A model generated the notes under the pieces. That model was not told the DNA's origin, made no database searches, and was given only the letters and a program-made list of their open reading frames with translations. The position numbers were made by a program, and so were the translations under genes. This document shows, in pieces, positions 26,320 through 40,776 of a stretch of 64,000 nucleotides of DNA. The DNA is from the human T2T-CHM13v2.0 reference genome, Homo sapiens, in NCBI RefSeq assembly GCF_009914755.1, contig NC_060929.1; one strand, 5' to 3'. The number at the start of each line of letters is the position of its first letter. The first letter of the stretch is position 1.

Positions 26320-26812
26320 TGCCAGGTGACTCTATATTTGACTGCCAATGAGGCACACCAGAGGGAAACTGCAAGGTAGAAGCCAGAGAAGGCACGTGGT
26401 CCTTCCTGCTTGCTCCCTACTCCTGTCAGCATCACCCAAACACTGGCCCTTCATCCTGGAAGTGACCACTGGTTTTAGTCTTCTACTTCTTTCTGCCCCT
26501 TCAAAACCACCCTCATCACACCTCACTCCCATTGACCTCTCCCCCAGGCTGCTGAGATATCTGCACCAGTTGGGTGGTGCCCTTCCCTCAGAGGTCTGAG
26601 TCTTAGCTCTGTGAGACCCTCCTCTGAGCTTCCCAACCTCTTCCCTGTGTTCCCCAGCCAGCTCTGTGGTTGGTAGCTGCATCATGTAATTATTACCTCT
26701 GTGTTACCTCAGTGTTCCCTTTTTGCTCTATCTGAAACATGTTTAACCAATTCCCCGTATTCGATCTTCTCTGTTGGAAGACCTGCAGTGGCTTCTATTC
26801 TTCTGACTAGCA
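26320..26812 (+). mobile_element. Old ERVL LTR (LTR33/LTR41 group)
   Basis: ccaatgaggcacaccagagggaaactgcaagg...; 3' end ctctgttggaagacctgcagtggcttctattcttctgact. Confidence 0.55.
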
Positions 26813-27574
26813 ACAAGGGGTACTCCCTGTTTTAGCCATACCTTGTTTTAACCCTACCTGCCTGACCCCCAATCCTAATCATTTTGCTCCTGCAAAAATT
26901 TTCTAACTATAATATTTTCTGGTTTTCACACTCTAATACCTGGGTAGTAATTGATGTTAGTGGATGGCATGGAGGACAGGGCAAGGCATCAGGAATCCTA
27001 TAACTCAAGAACTGGAAGCAACCTCAGAACATAAACTATTAATGGGCTCACTTATGGGATGGGGCTTAGGGAGGTCAAATGAAAGCAAACCTTCCTGTCA
27101 GCTTGCTCCAAAGTGGAAGCAGTAAAGATTTCTTACCAAAATACTTGGAAAAGAGGCTCAGAAACTAATGAACAATACTCACATTTGAATAAGTCCAGGA
27201 ATTTGAAATGACACAATAAACAGGTATCACCACTGAGTGATTAAAAGAATACCAGAAATAAATTATTGCCCAATGTTACTCTCTACTCTACCCATTCTTT
27301 TCCACAGTCAATGAAATCCCACCTTCCAAGATTCACTTTCTTGGTTTGCCTCTCTTAGCATTCTCTGAGGTTCTCTTCTAGAATTGCAGGAAGAGGAGTG
27401 ACTTAGTAGGAAATTTTCAGTCTCTACCTTTCTACTGAGAATTGGCCTGTGGGCTATCCTTCACTCAGGATTGCTAGCTGAGATAAGAGCTTTGGGAAAG
27501 TTGGGAGCATTCATGAAAACAAATGAAGAAAGTTCTGTAGCACCAGGGCAAAACACATAATACATGTTACATCA

Positions 27575-27720
27575 GACACTCATGAGTACAAATCCTGGAT
27601 TTACCACTTTCTAGCCTGAGACTAGGTCAAGTAACTCAGTTTCTGACCCTAAGCCTCAGATTCTCCAGCCGCAAAGTGAGGGTAATGACCTTTCGGTACC
27701 TCTATAAGGGTAAGATCTAA
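27575..27720 (+). mobile_element. MIR
   Basis: aaatcctggatttaccactttctagc...caagtaact...agcctcagattctcc. Confidence 0.65.
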
Positions 27721-28116
27721 GACGTAGAACACCTTTGGTGTAATGTTCTGGCAGGGCATCACTTGGCAGTGGAAGTTTGTGATTAAGCCTGTCTGGAGGG
27801 GGGTCACATGTTGTCTCAGCCTCTAGCAAGCTCTCATCTTTTCTTTTACTCTTTGAAACAAGCCCAAAGCCTCAGTCTCAGCTTTTCATTTTCTCTCAAA
27901 GTCCTCTACTGCTTACCCTGCTTCTAAGGGCTTTTCTGCCCCTTCTCCAAGATGTAAAGGGAAGTATTCACCCCAGCTCTTTTGCTTTCTTGTAGCCTCA
28001 GAAAATGATCACATGGTATTTGTTTTCCTTTTAGAAGTTTACTGCAAAGCACCACTAGGATGGGAGGAAACACAATTAACAAGATGGGTAAGGCTCAAAG
28101 ACCACAGAATCCTCAC

Positions 28117-28238
28117 TGTGGTGGTTTGTAGTTTCTAACTCGTCCGGGAAGGTGACCCTGGGCTTCTGCCCTCCTGTCATATCTGCGGGTGAAGAATGGA
28201 ATAACCGATGCTTTCTCTTCAGTGCCTCTCCTCTCAGG
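28117..28238 (-). other. Candidate minus-strand exon (122 nt)
   Basis: Minus-strand acceptor gtttctcttcctcttCAG, donor ACA|GTGAGG, 4 CpGs in the body. Confidence 0.2.
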
Positions 28239-28614
28239 CTGAAGAGGAAGAGAAACATACATGTCTTTTGTCTCCAGAATGCAATTGGCATCTCCAAGGC
28301 CCTGCTCCAGGATGACAAAAAGAAAAAAAAAAAAATCTGCCCTGCCCAGGCCAGAACTCCTAGGGCCATTACTTTCTGGTGGTACCATATGTGTGCCTCT
28401 GGGTATCCTGAACAAGAGGAATTTGCATTTGGGAGAGGAAAATAAAAGTGTGGCCAACAATGGGGAGAGAGAGAGAGACCCTTAAAAGATATTCTTGAGT
28501 TACTTCCCAATTTACCTTCAGGCTACCACCTGCAAAGGGTCTGATCCCTCCCTCCTTCCCCTGCCACATTCTCATTTATGATTCTATTTTAACAACCACA
28601 AAACCAAGAGCATA

Positions 28615-28820
28615 AGTCCAACACTTACTATGTTCCAGGCACTGTTCTAAATGCTTGCCTGCATTAATTCCCACAACAACCCATAAAGTAGTTGTTATTG
28701 CCCATTTTACAGATGAAGGAATTTAGGCCACAAGAAGACAACTTGTCTGCGATCCCATCCTAAGGAAAGGGCAGAGCTGGGATTTGAACCAAGGCCTGTC
28801 TGACTCCAGACCTTGAGTCT
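28615..28820 (-). mobile_element. MIR
   Basis: cacttactatgttccaggcactgttctaaatgct...cccattttacagatgaaggaa...gcagagctgggatttgaacc. Confidence 0.85.
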
Positions 28821-30074
28821 TCATGATATTATGCTTTTCCAATAAATCCCTCTCCCCATCTCCCTCAGAAAGGCCCTTCCTAATCCTTTACAGGATCTCC
28901 TAATCCCTGGCAGAATTCTCCTAGAATGTTTGCCGTGCAGTGAGAAAAGAGTGAGCGCTACCAAACAAATTCCCCAGATTTCTTCTTCTCACTCTAGCTG
29001 GAGCAAGGTTTCAATAGATATGCCTAAGTTTTAAAGATAGCATTTGGATCTCAGTAATGAAATATGACACACAAAGGCACATGTACTTTGGAACAGGAAT
29101 TAAAACTGGCCTGGGGAGATGCAGGCAGAAGGCAAGCTGAGGGTGAGGTCATTGACTCAAGTACTCTCAGCCCTTTATTTGATGCCTGGTGGGCTCAGAC
29201 CTTGGGACTAATCTCCCTTCTCCTCTAAGCTGATGAGCTTTGCGGGAATCTGTGCATTGCCTTGGAAAGAGGAGTGGTAATAGGAGGTTGGGATGAAGGG
29301 GGCTGAAATTTTTTGGAAATTTTATTTTTTCTCCCTTTGTCCACACACTTTTTAATTAGTTTGCTGTCTTTGGGGTCTTGATATTTTTAATGGACAACCA
29401 TGTTATTTCGCTTTAATTCCCTTCAAGATTGGGTCATCTCTGAGCCAATAAATCAGAGGCTTCTTGAACTCCTTGCAATCTGTGACTTTGGGAAAGAAAA
29501 GGGTTTTTCTGTATTAGTCAGTGTCTTGTCTTTCTCTATCCCATAATCCATGCCAAAATAACACTGGGGAGAAGGATGTTTTAAAAGACTGGGCCACAGT
29601 GGTCCTGGCTACCAGGCTGTTGCTTGCCAGCCCCATTTTAACCTGCCTTTTTTTTCGCCATCTACCTGCACCCAAGCTGGCACAGGCCCCCAACTGCAGC
29701 TGATGGGGAAACTCTTGCCAGCCACTCCCGTGGAAATAAGCAGCCCTGCTGAGACCATTTTGGCACCACAGTCAGATAAAAAACAATGCTCTACTCCTGG
29801 CTTCATCTCACTTCATGTCCCTTCTCTCCCAGCTGGCTGCTTGGACAGGTCACCTCTCAGCTCACTGTTTACCCAATTCCACTTCAAAGAGAAAATACCT
29901 GTTCCTTCTGGTCTAATAAAATTTCATCGCTTTTCCAGGCCCCGGGACAGGAGAAACTTTGGTAAAATTTGCCCAACAGCATGAATCTAATGCAAAAGAA
30001 AAAAAGTTTAACATTCCGAATTTTTAAGCCTTTCCTCACCTTATTCAATTAATAATATCAGCACTTCTTTTCTT

Positions 30075-30200
30075 AATTCCAGAAATATTTATTGAGCCAC
30101 TACAACAAATTGGGTACCATGCTAGGCACTGAGAGGGCACCCAAGAATACAGCACAGACCCTAGCCTGAGTGAAGAAATCAACTCAAAGTGGGAAAAAAA
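30075..30200 (-). mobile_element. L2 3' end
   Basis: aaatatttattgagccactac...catgctaggcactgag. Confidence 0.6.
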
Positions 30201-31109
30201 AATACATGGCTAAATAATCTTCACCATATGTAGCTTGCCTGTCATCAGTAATAGTCACCAGACGTTTTCTGCTAAAACACTAAAATAGTCCTACAGTAAG
30301 GCATTAATCTCATCTCATAGGCCATATTCAGTCGGCCCTGATCTTGGCTGTTGATTTTCTCACATATCCAGAATCAGAGTAGAGCTGATAATAATGTCTA
30401 TTAAGATATAGCACGGCAAAGTGCCTCTTCTAGCAAGCAAGTGTGGAAGAGTTTCCATTACCCATTGCACGCACTGACAGTTTTTCTGATCCAAAGCAGC
30501 TGGGGCCCTGAAAAGACTGATGGCTGTGTTTTGATTCTTCTTCAGTGCCAATGAAGAGCCTTGACTTTGTGATGCCAGTGCTGGCACCTTCTTCTGTGTC
30601 CCTCATTGGCACCTTCTCACATGCCCTTTTTCTGTTTGTTTATGTACATCCTCCTGACAGCAGAAGAGGCCTGAAGACAAAAATCAAATCCACATGGTCT
30701 GGGGAAGCAAATTATTAGCACAGAGGCCCTCCAGCCCCTGGTCTTCACTGCAGTGAGTGTCCCACAGTGGCTTCAGAGCAATCCTCCATCATGTATGCAC
30801 AGATAATTAATGAGATTTTTTGGAACGGGTGGGTGTCTCAACAATGTCAAGGAACTCAACAAAACAGAGTGAAGGCAGAGCCCCAGCACCTCGAGGAACT
30901 TATGGATGTACAGCCGAAGGACCTGCATGCATGAATGCATTCAAGCTCTAAGGCAGAGAAAGAGGGAATTATGCTTTGAGGAGATGAAGGGAAATTATAC
31001 TTTAGGAATAATGATCACTTACCCACCCCTACCTAATGAGGTAAATACACAGCAGTGCACACAAATTATGTTGGAAACGATAGAGTAGAATTAAAAAAAA
31101 AACTATAGA

Positions 31110-31290
31110 GATTTACCACATGCTCTCACTTGCACTTTATTTAATTCTCCTAGCTACCATATGCAGTAGGCCTTTCTATCACCACCATCATTATGGATGA
31201 GAACACAGAGAGTCAGAAATAGTAACTAATTCACCTGAGAAGCTACAGGGCACAGGGTAAGCATTGCGGCCTGGCGTGCACAGCCTCCCG
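31110..31290 (-). mobile_element. MIR
   Basis: atttaattctcc...atggatgagaacacagagagtcagaaatag..aacta. Confidence 0.55.
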
Positions 31291-31620
31291 CTGTGCCCGC
31301 TGTCCTGGGGAGCACAGGCCTGGAGGGTCTGCAGAAGAGGAGCTCGTGCCCTGAAAGTCACATGGAAGACCCTGGCGAGACGGTCAACGAAACATACATG
31401 GACTGGGAGAGGTAGGATTTACTTGACCCAGATGGAAGAAGACAAGGAAAAAGGCAAGAAAAAGAATGTAGAGAAAAGATAGCCAAGGGGTGATCAAAGA
31501 ACATCTGGTTTTATTTCAGATTTGGTTGCACTTGTGACTGAGACTCTCACCTTTGCCCTCTTGTCCTCATTCATCCTCTCTCCCTCCTTTCTCCTCCCCC
31601 CACACGTCTCTGTGTCTGTC

Positions 31621-31675
31621 TCTATCTATCTGTCTATCTATCTATCTATCTATCATCTATCTATCTATCTATCTA
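31621..31675. repeat. Compound tetranucleotide STR [TCTA]2 TCTG [TCTA]5 TCA [TCTA]5
   Basis: Read directly. Confidence 0.95.
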
Positions 31676-32039
31676 TCTCTCCTAGAGCTACCTCTGACCT
31701 CTCTAGCACCATATACTCACATAGCAGTGCATATAATTATAGTCAGATTTAAATGTAAATCTTCCTTTCTTCCGATGGCCTCAGACTTTTAGTAGAGGAC
31801 CTCAAAGAAATAAAGCCATAGTTTTAAAAATGCTGGACCATCCTTGCAAAACTTACAAGTAAGTGGGGATGTGGATAGGGCCCTAAACCTACCTCTAGTC
31901 CATTAAAAAAAAAGCTCAAGTTGGGGGGTCAGGAGAGAGGATTTCTTTGGAGAGAGTTATCAGTGCCCTGTGCATTTCCAACACCCACCTATCCCAACAG
32001 AAGAGGCTTGAAGGGAACCATGTGAGAGCTTGGCCTGTG

Positions 32040-32185
32040 TTCTCTGGAGTTTGAAGGGCATAGAGACTGGCCTATGGTGCACACTTTCTCTGTTAGAATA
32101 TACTCCATGCATATATTAAAAGTCTAGTAAATATTTGTTGAATGATGGAATAGATGGTAAAAGAATGAGTAAGTGAATGAATGCT
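32040..32185 (+). mobile_element. L2 3' end
   Basis: tagtaaatatttgttgaatga...gaatgagtaagtgaatgaatg tail. Confidence 0.55.
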
Positions 32186-32942
32186 GAAAAGAGTAAAAGG
32201 GAGAAGCTGTGACTAGAACTAAAGGGAAGAGATAGGTATATTAGCTACACAACAGTGATAGAAAGTATATTTACACACATTGCACACAAATTTATGGAAT
32301 GAATGAATACAGTGAGGAAACCAAGGCTATGTTGGCTAAATAGACCTTTCCTCATATTAGACATCCCGGCTAGCGGAAAAGCCCACCATGGCCCAGGACT
32401 TCTCCATATTGTCCTTCAAGGGCCCTGGCCTCAAGTCAATCCCTAAAAAGTAGACAAGAAAAATATACAGGCAACATCCCATAAGAAAGAAATCTCTAGA
32501 GTTAAAAGGTATTTGGGTTCTATATCTGGCTGATAAGAGATTCTGATTCCTGAGTCTATTTCTTTGCTTCTGTCTTTCATATCATTCTTTCTTCTACTCT
32601 GAATTCTTCCCCTTAACCTTAGTCCAGTCTTTGCTTGATAACAACATTTGACAATAGAAGGGAAAGGAAATATTGTCCCACTCATTTATCTAATCAGCAC
32701 ACTGAGTGCTTTCTCCATGTGCTGATCTCAGTATCTCGCCCAGAGACCCAGGTAAAGTGCCCACTGCTATTCCAGCGATGAGCATCACTTGCCTGTACAC
32801 TTCAGGACTTCTAACATGGTAAAATCCTCCATGTAATTAGGTGGTAAAACTGCATTTATAATCTATCCTAATGCTCCAGCACAGGTTCCTGAATTACAGA
32901 CCCAGTATCTGTGCTCCACTACTCCCCATAAAAGACAGCATG

Positions 32943-33304
32943 TGATATGGTTTGGCTGTGTCCCCACCCAAATCTTATCTTGGATTATAGCTCCCATAAT
33001 GCCTGCATATTGTGGGAGGGACCCAGTGGGAGATAATTGAATCACGGGGGCAGTTTCCCCCATACTGTTTTCGTGGTAGTGAATAAGTCTCATGAGATAT
33101 GATGGTTTTATAAGGGGAAAACCCTTTTGCTTGGCTCTCATTCTCTCTTGTCTGCTGCCATGTAAGATGTGCCTTTCGCCTTCCACCATGATTATGAGGC
33201 CTCCCCAGCCACGTGGAGCTGTGAGTCCATTAAACCTCTTTTTCTTTGTAAATTACCCAGTTTCAGGTATGTCTTTATCAGCAGCGTGAAAACGGACTAA
33301 TACA
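32943..33304 (+). mobile_element. THE1C (or THE1B) MaLR solo LTR
   Basis: tgatatggtttggctgtgtccccacccaaatc ... cagcagcgtgaaaacggactaataca; TSD gcatg/gcata (4/5). Confidence 0.93.
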
Positions 33305-34007
33305 GCATACTTCTGGAAACACAGTTAATACAGCCACAGCAATGAGAGAGAAGTATGGTTGTTCAAGCAAACACATACATTTGAAAGACCAGATCCAAAG
33401 CAGAATCATCACAGTGGACCTTGAACGCCCTTCCCCAGGATGGATTCCCTAGGCCTCCTGATGCTCCTGTGAAGGAGGAAGATCAAGCCAGTTTCCGAGC
33501 AGTGACCAAAACCAAATCCCACCATACTTCCAAGATCTAAGTTATCAAATGAAAGCAGCCAGGGTCACCGAGCATGGCAGTGTGATATGCCAGATCTATT
33601 TATCCTGTCCTATTTGGAAGAGGGTGGGATTCCAGGGCAAGGAAATTCCAGAAGACTCCATGTGAGAAGCCAAGCCTTTGATACAAATTTCTTTCACTCC
33701 TTGCTTCCCAATGCAAATCTCTCATTACTCCATGCAAATAACTTTCAAAACCACAGCTTCCTCTGTGTCTTGTCATAAGAAAATCTGTGAACGGGTACTG
33801 GGACAAGCACCGTACAGAGTACCTGCTCTCCCCCTATCATTTGGAGAGAAGGAGCCTTGAGCTCATCAATGGCTTGGTTCCATGTGTCCCCGAATAGGAA
33901 AGGGAGGATCAAAGGGCCAAAAATATTCATTTCTGAGGGAAAAGTAGAAGAATTAAATGTGTAGAATATGCCAAATGATGCCTGAAGGGGGATATAAATA
34001 CCTATAA

Positions 34008-34340
<333 letters not shown>

Positions 34341-35326
34341 AGCTTTTTGTTTAAAGGTGGTTCAACTGGCTTAACTAGGAGAGACTGAAGGAAAGCAAAG
34401 GAAAATCTGAACCAGGTGTTATGAAAATTTTGCCCTCGACAAAGGCTACTATGCAGAGGGAACAGGCATCAACAGAACCTCTAGATGGAAACTTCTATTC
34501 TCTAGAATTTTTGTCATGTCTCATTTCCAATCATTTCTCAGATGCATTTGTTTGGACTTAGAAATATATGCAGTCCTTTGTGTCTACATTTTCTACGTAC
34601 ATTGTTGCCTTTTGTGTCTTTGTTCTCTATGTACTTTTTGGCATGTACTCTCCACGGCATAATTTGTAAATGCCCTGGTCTTGCGGTCCTATAGGGCAGT
34701 AGATATGCTTCATTTATCAGATCAAACAATCTTAGTAATGGTGATTTTAGGAATAAAATACCAAACAAAGAATCCCTCCATTTTAGTGACTTCAATGCCT
34801 CAAATAGATTTGAAGTTCTGGAACAGGCCTAAGTGCTTCTCAGTCTTCTCCAAGTTCTCTGGAGGGAAGAGGGATCAAGTCAGCTGAATATAGTCAGAAA
34901 ATATATGTTGACAGTTTTCTCCGGAGATGCACTATATGGCAAGTCCTTCTGGAATTTCTAGATGGAAAGAAATATGTATGGTGAGAACAGCTTTTCTGAG
35001 AGTCTTTCAACACATTTATTCCCAGATGGGTTCAGTGCAAAAGTGAAAATCATTTTTTTAAGGAGCGAAGAAATTTCAACAAAGGTTTGGTTTGAATTTA
35101 AACTAGAGAGCTAGGCCTCTCCTTCATACGAGTGGTTTATGAGGGGCTCTAAGCTTCATTTACAGCTCCTACTAGGTTCATGTTCTACCAGAGAAGAGGC
35201 CCTGACCTGGTGGTCTGTAGAGTTTATATCCTTCCCTTATCATTTAAATATCTGGATGACCTTGGATAAATCAACTTTCTACTCTGGATCAGCTTCCTGA
35301 CATATAAAAGAGGGAATTGGACTAAA

Positions 35327-35578
35327 CTGGTGGGGTTTTTTTTTTAACATTTTTTTAGGCAGCAGAGGCCCTTTTTAAATATCATATTACACAAAAATCC
35401 AATAATAGAAGCAAGATAAAAATGTAGCCTTTCTGATTAAGGCAAATGGAGTACCCAGAGCTTTGACTGCCCCATACCCCCCACTGTAGATCCTGACCCT
35501 AAGTCCCCTCTCAGGAACCCCTGGGGCACCTCCAGGGGACAGTATCCCTCTCCAAGGAGAATATTTTGGAAGCCACTG
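35327..35578 (-). mobile_element. MER102 (hAT-Charlie), inserted in a MIR-like element
   Basis: Ends ctggtggggtt / ttggaagccactg; gcagcagaggccctttttaaat..cata and cccctggggcacctcc. Confidence 0.6.
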
Positions 35579-35809
35579 GATTCCATGCTCCCTCAGATCT
35601 TTTCTAACTCTAGTTCCTTATGAGTTTAAATGACAGCAAGCAAAGAAACAAGCCAGGCAGCAGTGACACAGCTGATCATAAGGCAACAGATTAAAATGAC
35701 TGCGAAGTTCATGGTTCAAAGTCTCCTTGAAGATTCAAAATCTAAAGAAAACAAACCCAGAAGAGCACTGTGTGAGCGTGAGCAGAAACAAGGAAGTTAG
35801 CATCCTCAG

Positions 35810-35903
35810 TCTCTCTCTCTCTCTCTCTCTCTTCCCTTCCCATCCCCTGCTTCCCCCTCTCTCTTCCTCCTTCCTCCTTTCTCCCTCCTCCTCCCCTCTT
35901 CTT
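35810..35903. repeat. (CT)n plus polypyrimidine tract
   Basis: Seen directly. Confidence 0.85.
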
Positions 35904-36269
35904 CACACTCTTCAGACTAAGGCCCAGTGAGACTCCAAAGGCCTGAAGTCATGTCTCATGAGAAATAACCAAATGAAATATACATTCAGGAACTGGAGCC
36001 GGGTAAGCCAAGGACTTAGAGAGTAGTGGCACAGGGAAGCTCTAAATCAAGCATAGAGGATGAACCAGGAGAGAGTTCAGCTGCCCTCTGGATTTCTGGT
36101 GCCTGCAGCCTCAGATGTGAATGTGCTGGGAAGAGGAGGATGCCCAGGGCAACCCCAAGCAGAGAAGTCTGAAGGCTTCTCCTCAAGGCCCCACCCCATC
36201 AATTTAGGCTGGCTTCACAGGAAGAGACTGCTCATTACCCAGTCACCCAGCTTGAAGATGATTCTCCTA

Positions 36270-36865
36270 CACACATTTGTTGGGCATGTCCAACCCCTCG
36301 GAAGACAACTTGGTAGCATCTATCAAAGTCCAAAATATGCAAACCATATGACGCAGCCATTCCACTTCAAGTGGAATATCTTACAGGTAGACTGGCATAT
36401 GTGCACAAAAATATCTCTGCAACAACTTCCATTGCAGCATGTTTGCAATCACAAAAGACTGGAAACTGCCTAAGTATTGATTGACTGAAATGAGATCAAT
36501 ATATTTAGGTTTTCTCATAAAATGAAATGCTCTGTAACCGTTAAAAAGAATGAATCCAGTTTATACTAATGACAAGGAAAGAGCTGTAATATCTAACGTT
36601 AAGGAAAAAAAGCCAAGTGTACACATTGTGTACAATGTGGTATTTTGTGTCTTATGTAAGAAAGGATATGTACACATATATGCATGCATTTTCATAGATT
36701 ATTTGTAAATGAATATACACAAAATAATAACAATGATTACCTTTAGGGAGAGAAATTGAGGTGGGTGATGGGGAGCTATGTCTGCAAGCAAAAAGGCTTT
36801 CTTTAAATGCCTATACATATACTGATTCAATTTCCTTCTAATGTGCATATTGCATTTAAAACAGA
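36270..36865 (+). mobile_element. L1ME 3' region
   Basis: catatgacgcagccattccactt, cattgcagcatgtttgcaat..caaaagactggaaa, ttaaaaagaatga. Confidence 0.7.
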
Positions 36866-37235
36866 ACAAAACAAAAATGTGTGCTAGAACAAATCCTATC
36901 AAATTGATTTACCATTCAACAAACCATTGTATACTTTAAGAGTCCGAAAGTCAACCAACTGCTCATCAGAAACTAGAATCAAATCATGAAACTGGCTGAG
37001 TCATTAAAACCTTTACTGAAAACCAGTTTGACAGTGGTGTACAATGAAAACTCCTGGACTCAAGGGCAGGAGACCTGGTTTCTTGTGGTGTCCTCATCAC
37101 CTTTAACAAATTACATATGCTCTCTTGACCTATTTTTTCATCCATGGAATGACTGCATGGGCTGTAGCTTCCTTTCTTCCTGTAAGATGTGCAATGTCTA
37201 ACATGTCATAAACTTCTAAGATGTGCAGTGTCTGA

Positions 37236-37626
37236 TGTATCAGGCCCTTCTTGCATTGCCATAAAGAAATAGCTGAGGCTGGGTAATTCATAAAGAAAAG
37301 AGGTTTAATTGACTCATAGTTCTGCAGGCTGTACAAGCATGGTGCCAGCATCTGCTCAGCTTCTGGGGAGGTCATTTTACTCATGGCAGAAGGCAAGCAG
37401 GAGCAAGCACTTCACACAGCAAAAGCAGGAGCAAGAGAGAGAGAAGGGGGGCAAGGCCACACTTTTAAACAAGCAGATCAGATAAGAACTCACTTACTAT
37501 GGTGACGACAGCACCAAGCCATTAGGGATCCACCCCCTTGACCCAGACATCTCCCACAGGGCCCCCCTTCAACACTGAGAATTACATCTCAACATGAGAT
37601 TTCAAGGAGACATCCAAACTGTATCA
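37236..37626 (-). mobile_element. MSTB MaLR solo LTR
   Basis: tgtatcaggccc.tcttgcattgc.ataaagaaata...agaggtttaattgactcatagttctgcaggctgtaca...catccaaactgtatca; TSD tctga/tctgt. Confidence 0.9.
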
Positions 37627-37644
37627 TCTGTTCATAAATTTTAG

Positions 37645-38120
<476 letters not shown>

Positions 38121-38149
38121 CTGTCTGATATGCTCATCCCAGATATCCT

Positions 38150-38412
38150 CAACTGAGAGTTCCTAGCTCAAATGTCACCTTCCCTGACCACCTGATGGAA
38201 ATCGACCTCCCTGGTTATTCTCTATCACACCACCTTGTTTTCTTCCTTTATTGCATAAGTCACAATTTTTAATTATCTTGAATGTTCATTTATTTTTCTC
38301 ACTCCAACCAGAATCTAAGGTCCATGAGGTTAGTGATTTTATTTTTTGTGCTCACCACTCTGTCTCGCCCCCAGCACAGTGGCAAGTTCATAAAAATTTG
38401 TTGAATGAATCA
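38150..38412 (+). mobile_element. L2a 3' end
   Basis: ctcaaatgtcacctt...agaatctaaggtccatgagg...aaatttgttgaatgaat. Confidence 0.8.
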
Positions 38413-38479
38413 ATTTTTAAAAACTGTGTTAGCTACTAGCTGCTGTTGATCCTCGCAACAACTCCATGCCAGAGGAGAC

Positions 38480-38640
38480 TAATGATATCACTCTCCTAGA
38501 GTGGTTGTGAGAATTACAAATCCCACTTTATGAAGGCTCAGAGCACTTAAGCAATGTGCCGAAAGTTATCTAGTTCATAAGTGGCAGAGCCAACATAGAA
38601 ACCCATCCATTTTTTTACTCCAAATTCTGTTCCCTTAAAC
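38480..38640 (-). mobile_element. MIR
   Basis: cccacttt..aggctcagag..ttaagcaa...taagtggcagagcc. Confidence 0.55.
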
Positions 38641-39249
38641 AGTGGATTATTCTAAGACAGAATTCTCTCAACTGGAGTTCATACTTACAACTCCTGCCTG
38701 GTTCCTAATGACATGCCTCAAACAACAATCATGTTCAACCTTTCAATTCTACATTGCCTGAAACACCACTAATGGGAAATCCTGTAATGAATGGGAAATC
38801 TCACTAATCTATGCCATCACACATTTCTCCCCTGCAGTCCCCTCCTGCCAACACTTTAAAGATCTTTGCTGGAGGCAGAAAACCAAAGATATTCTTGGGC
38901 CATTCAACAACACTTTGAAACATCCCAGTTGAAACTCAGAATTACTCACAATTACCAAAAAACAAAAGTGGCTAGTTGTCATTTGAATATCACCAAAGTC
39001 AAAAGAAGTGGTCACACAGAAAGTCTTATTACATTTGGAGAAGGAAACAGAAGCAACTGAAAAAGAAACATTAAAATCTTAGAGGCTGATTAATGGCTCA
39101 CTATGTTGTAATTTTGAGGTTATGTAAAGTTTATGAGCAATGATTGCCTTAATGCTGTTATTGTTATTGAGCTATTCAGCAATTGTAAAATTCCTGGCTA
39201 TAAAGCACACAAAAATACAAGTATCTGTAAATAACTCCTTTGTTTTTAG

Positions 39250-39578
<329 letters not shown>

Positions 39579-39858
39579 AGAAAAAATCTTTTAGACACAA
39601 AGCTTTGGAGAGAAAAAAAGAGATGTAAACATTGTCTTGGCCAAGGCACCAGTAATAGGTAACATTGCCCTGAGAAGAGCAAATCACAGAATAAGCAAGC
39701 ACCTGTTATTGATTAACCAATTACACACATGTTCAGAGGTAGATGGCTTTGAATCCCAGGTTGAAACCATTTGGTTAGAAAAAGCTTCCACATTTCTGTT
39801 TTGCTCTTTTAAAATGGAATGGGAAAATAATCACTTCTTTATGTGTATATATATATAG

Positions 39859-39937
39859 ATAGGTTGGTGCACAAGTAATTGCGGTTTTTGCTGTTACTTT
39901 CATGGCAAAAACCACAATTACTCGGGCACCAAACTAA
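39859..39937. mobile_element. MADE1 (Hsmar1-derived palindromic MITE)
   Basis: taggttggtgcacaagtaattgcggtttttgc...tggcaaaaaccacaattactcgggcaccaaactaa, followed by TA. Confidence 0.92.
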
Positions 39938-39997
39938 TACTTGCATTCTCCCAGTGAACAAGAACTATGGCTTTGTCTTTACAGGTCAATTCATTCA

Positions 39998-40544
<547 letters not shown>

Positions 40545-40776
40545 TGCTTTTTACTTCTGTAGATTTTTCATCCTATTAAAAAAAACACACAGCTCAATGG
40601 GATGTTATTTTGTACACATATAAATATGGCCACCAGTGGGATCCATACATACAAATTATACAGATTCAAGCCACAAAATACACTGGCATCTCAATTAAAT
40701 GGGTCTTTCAAGGACAGAGATCTTTAATAACTAAAGAAAATGTCAAACAGCAACTAGTAGCTAAAATATACTATGA

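Noticed and set aside
32863-33289. ORFs over THE1C
   Set aside because: LTR-derived reading frames.
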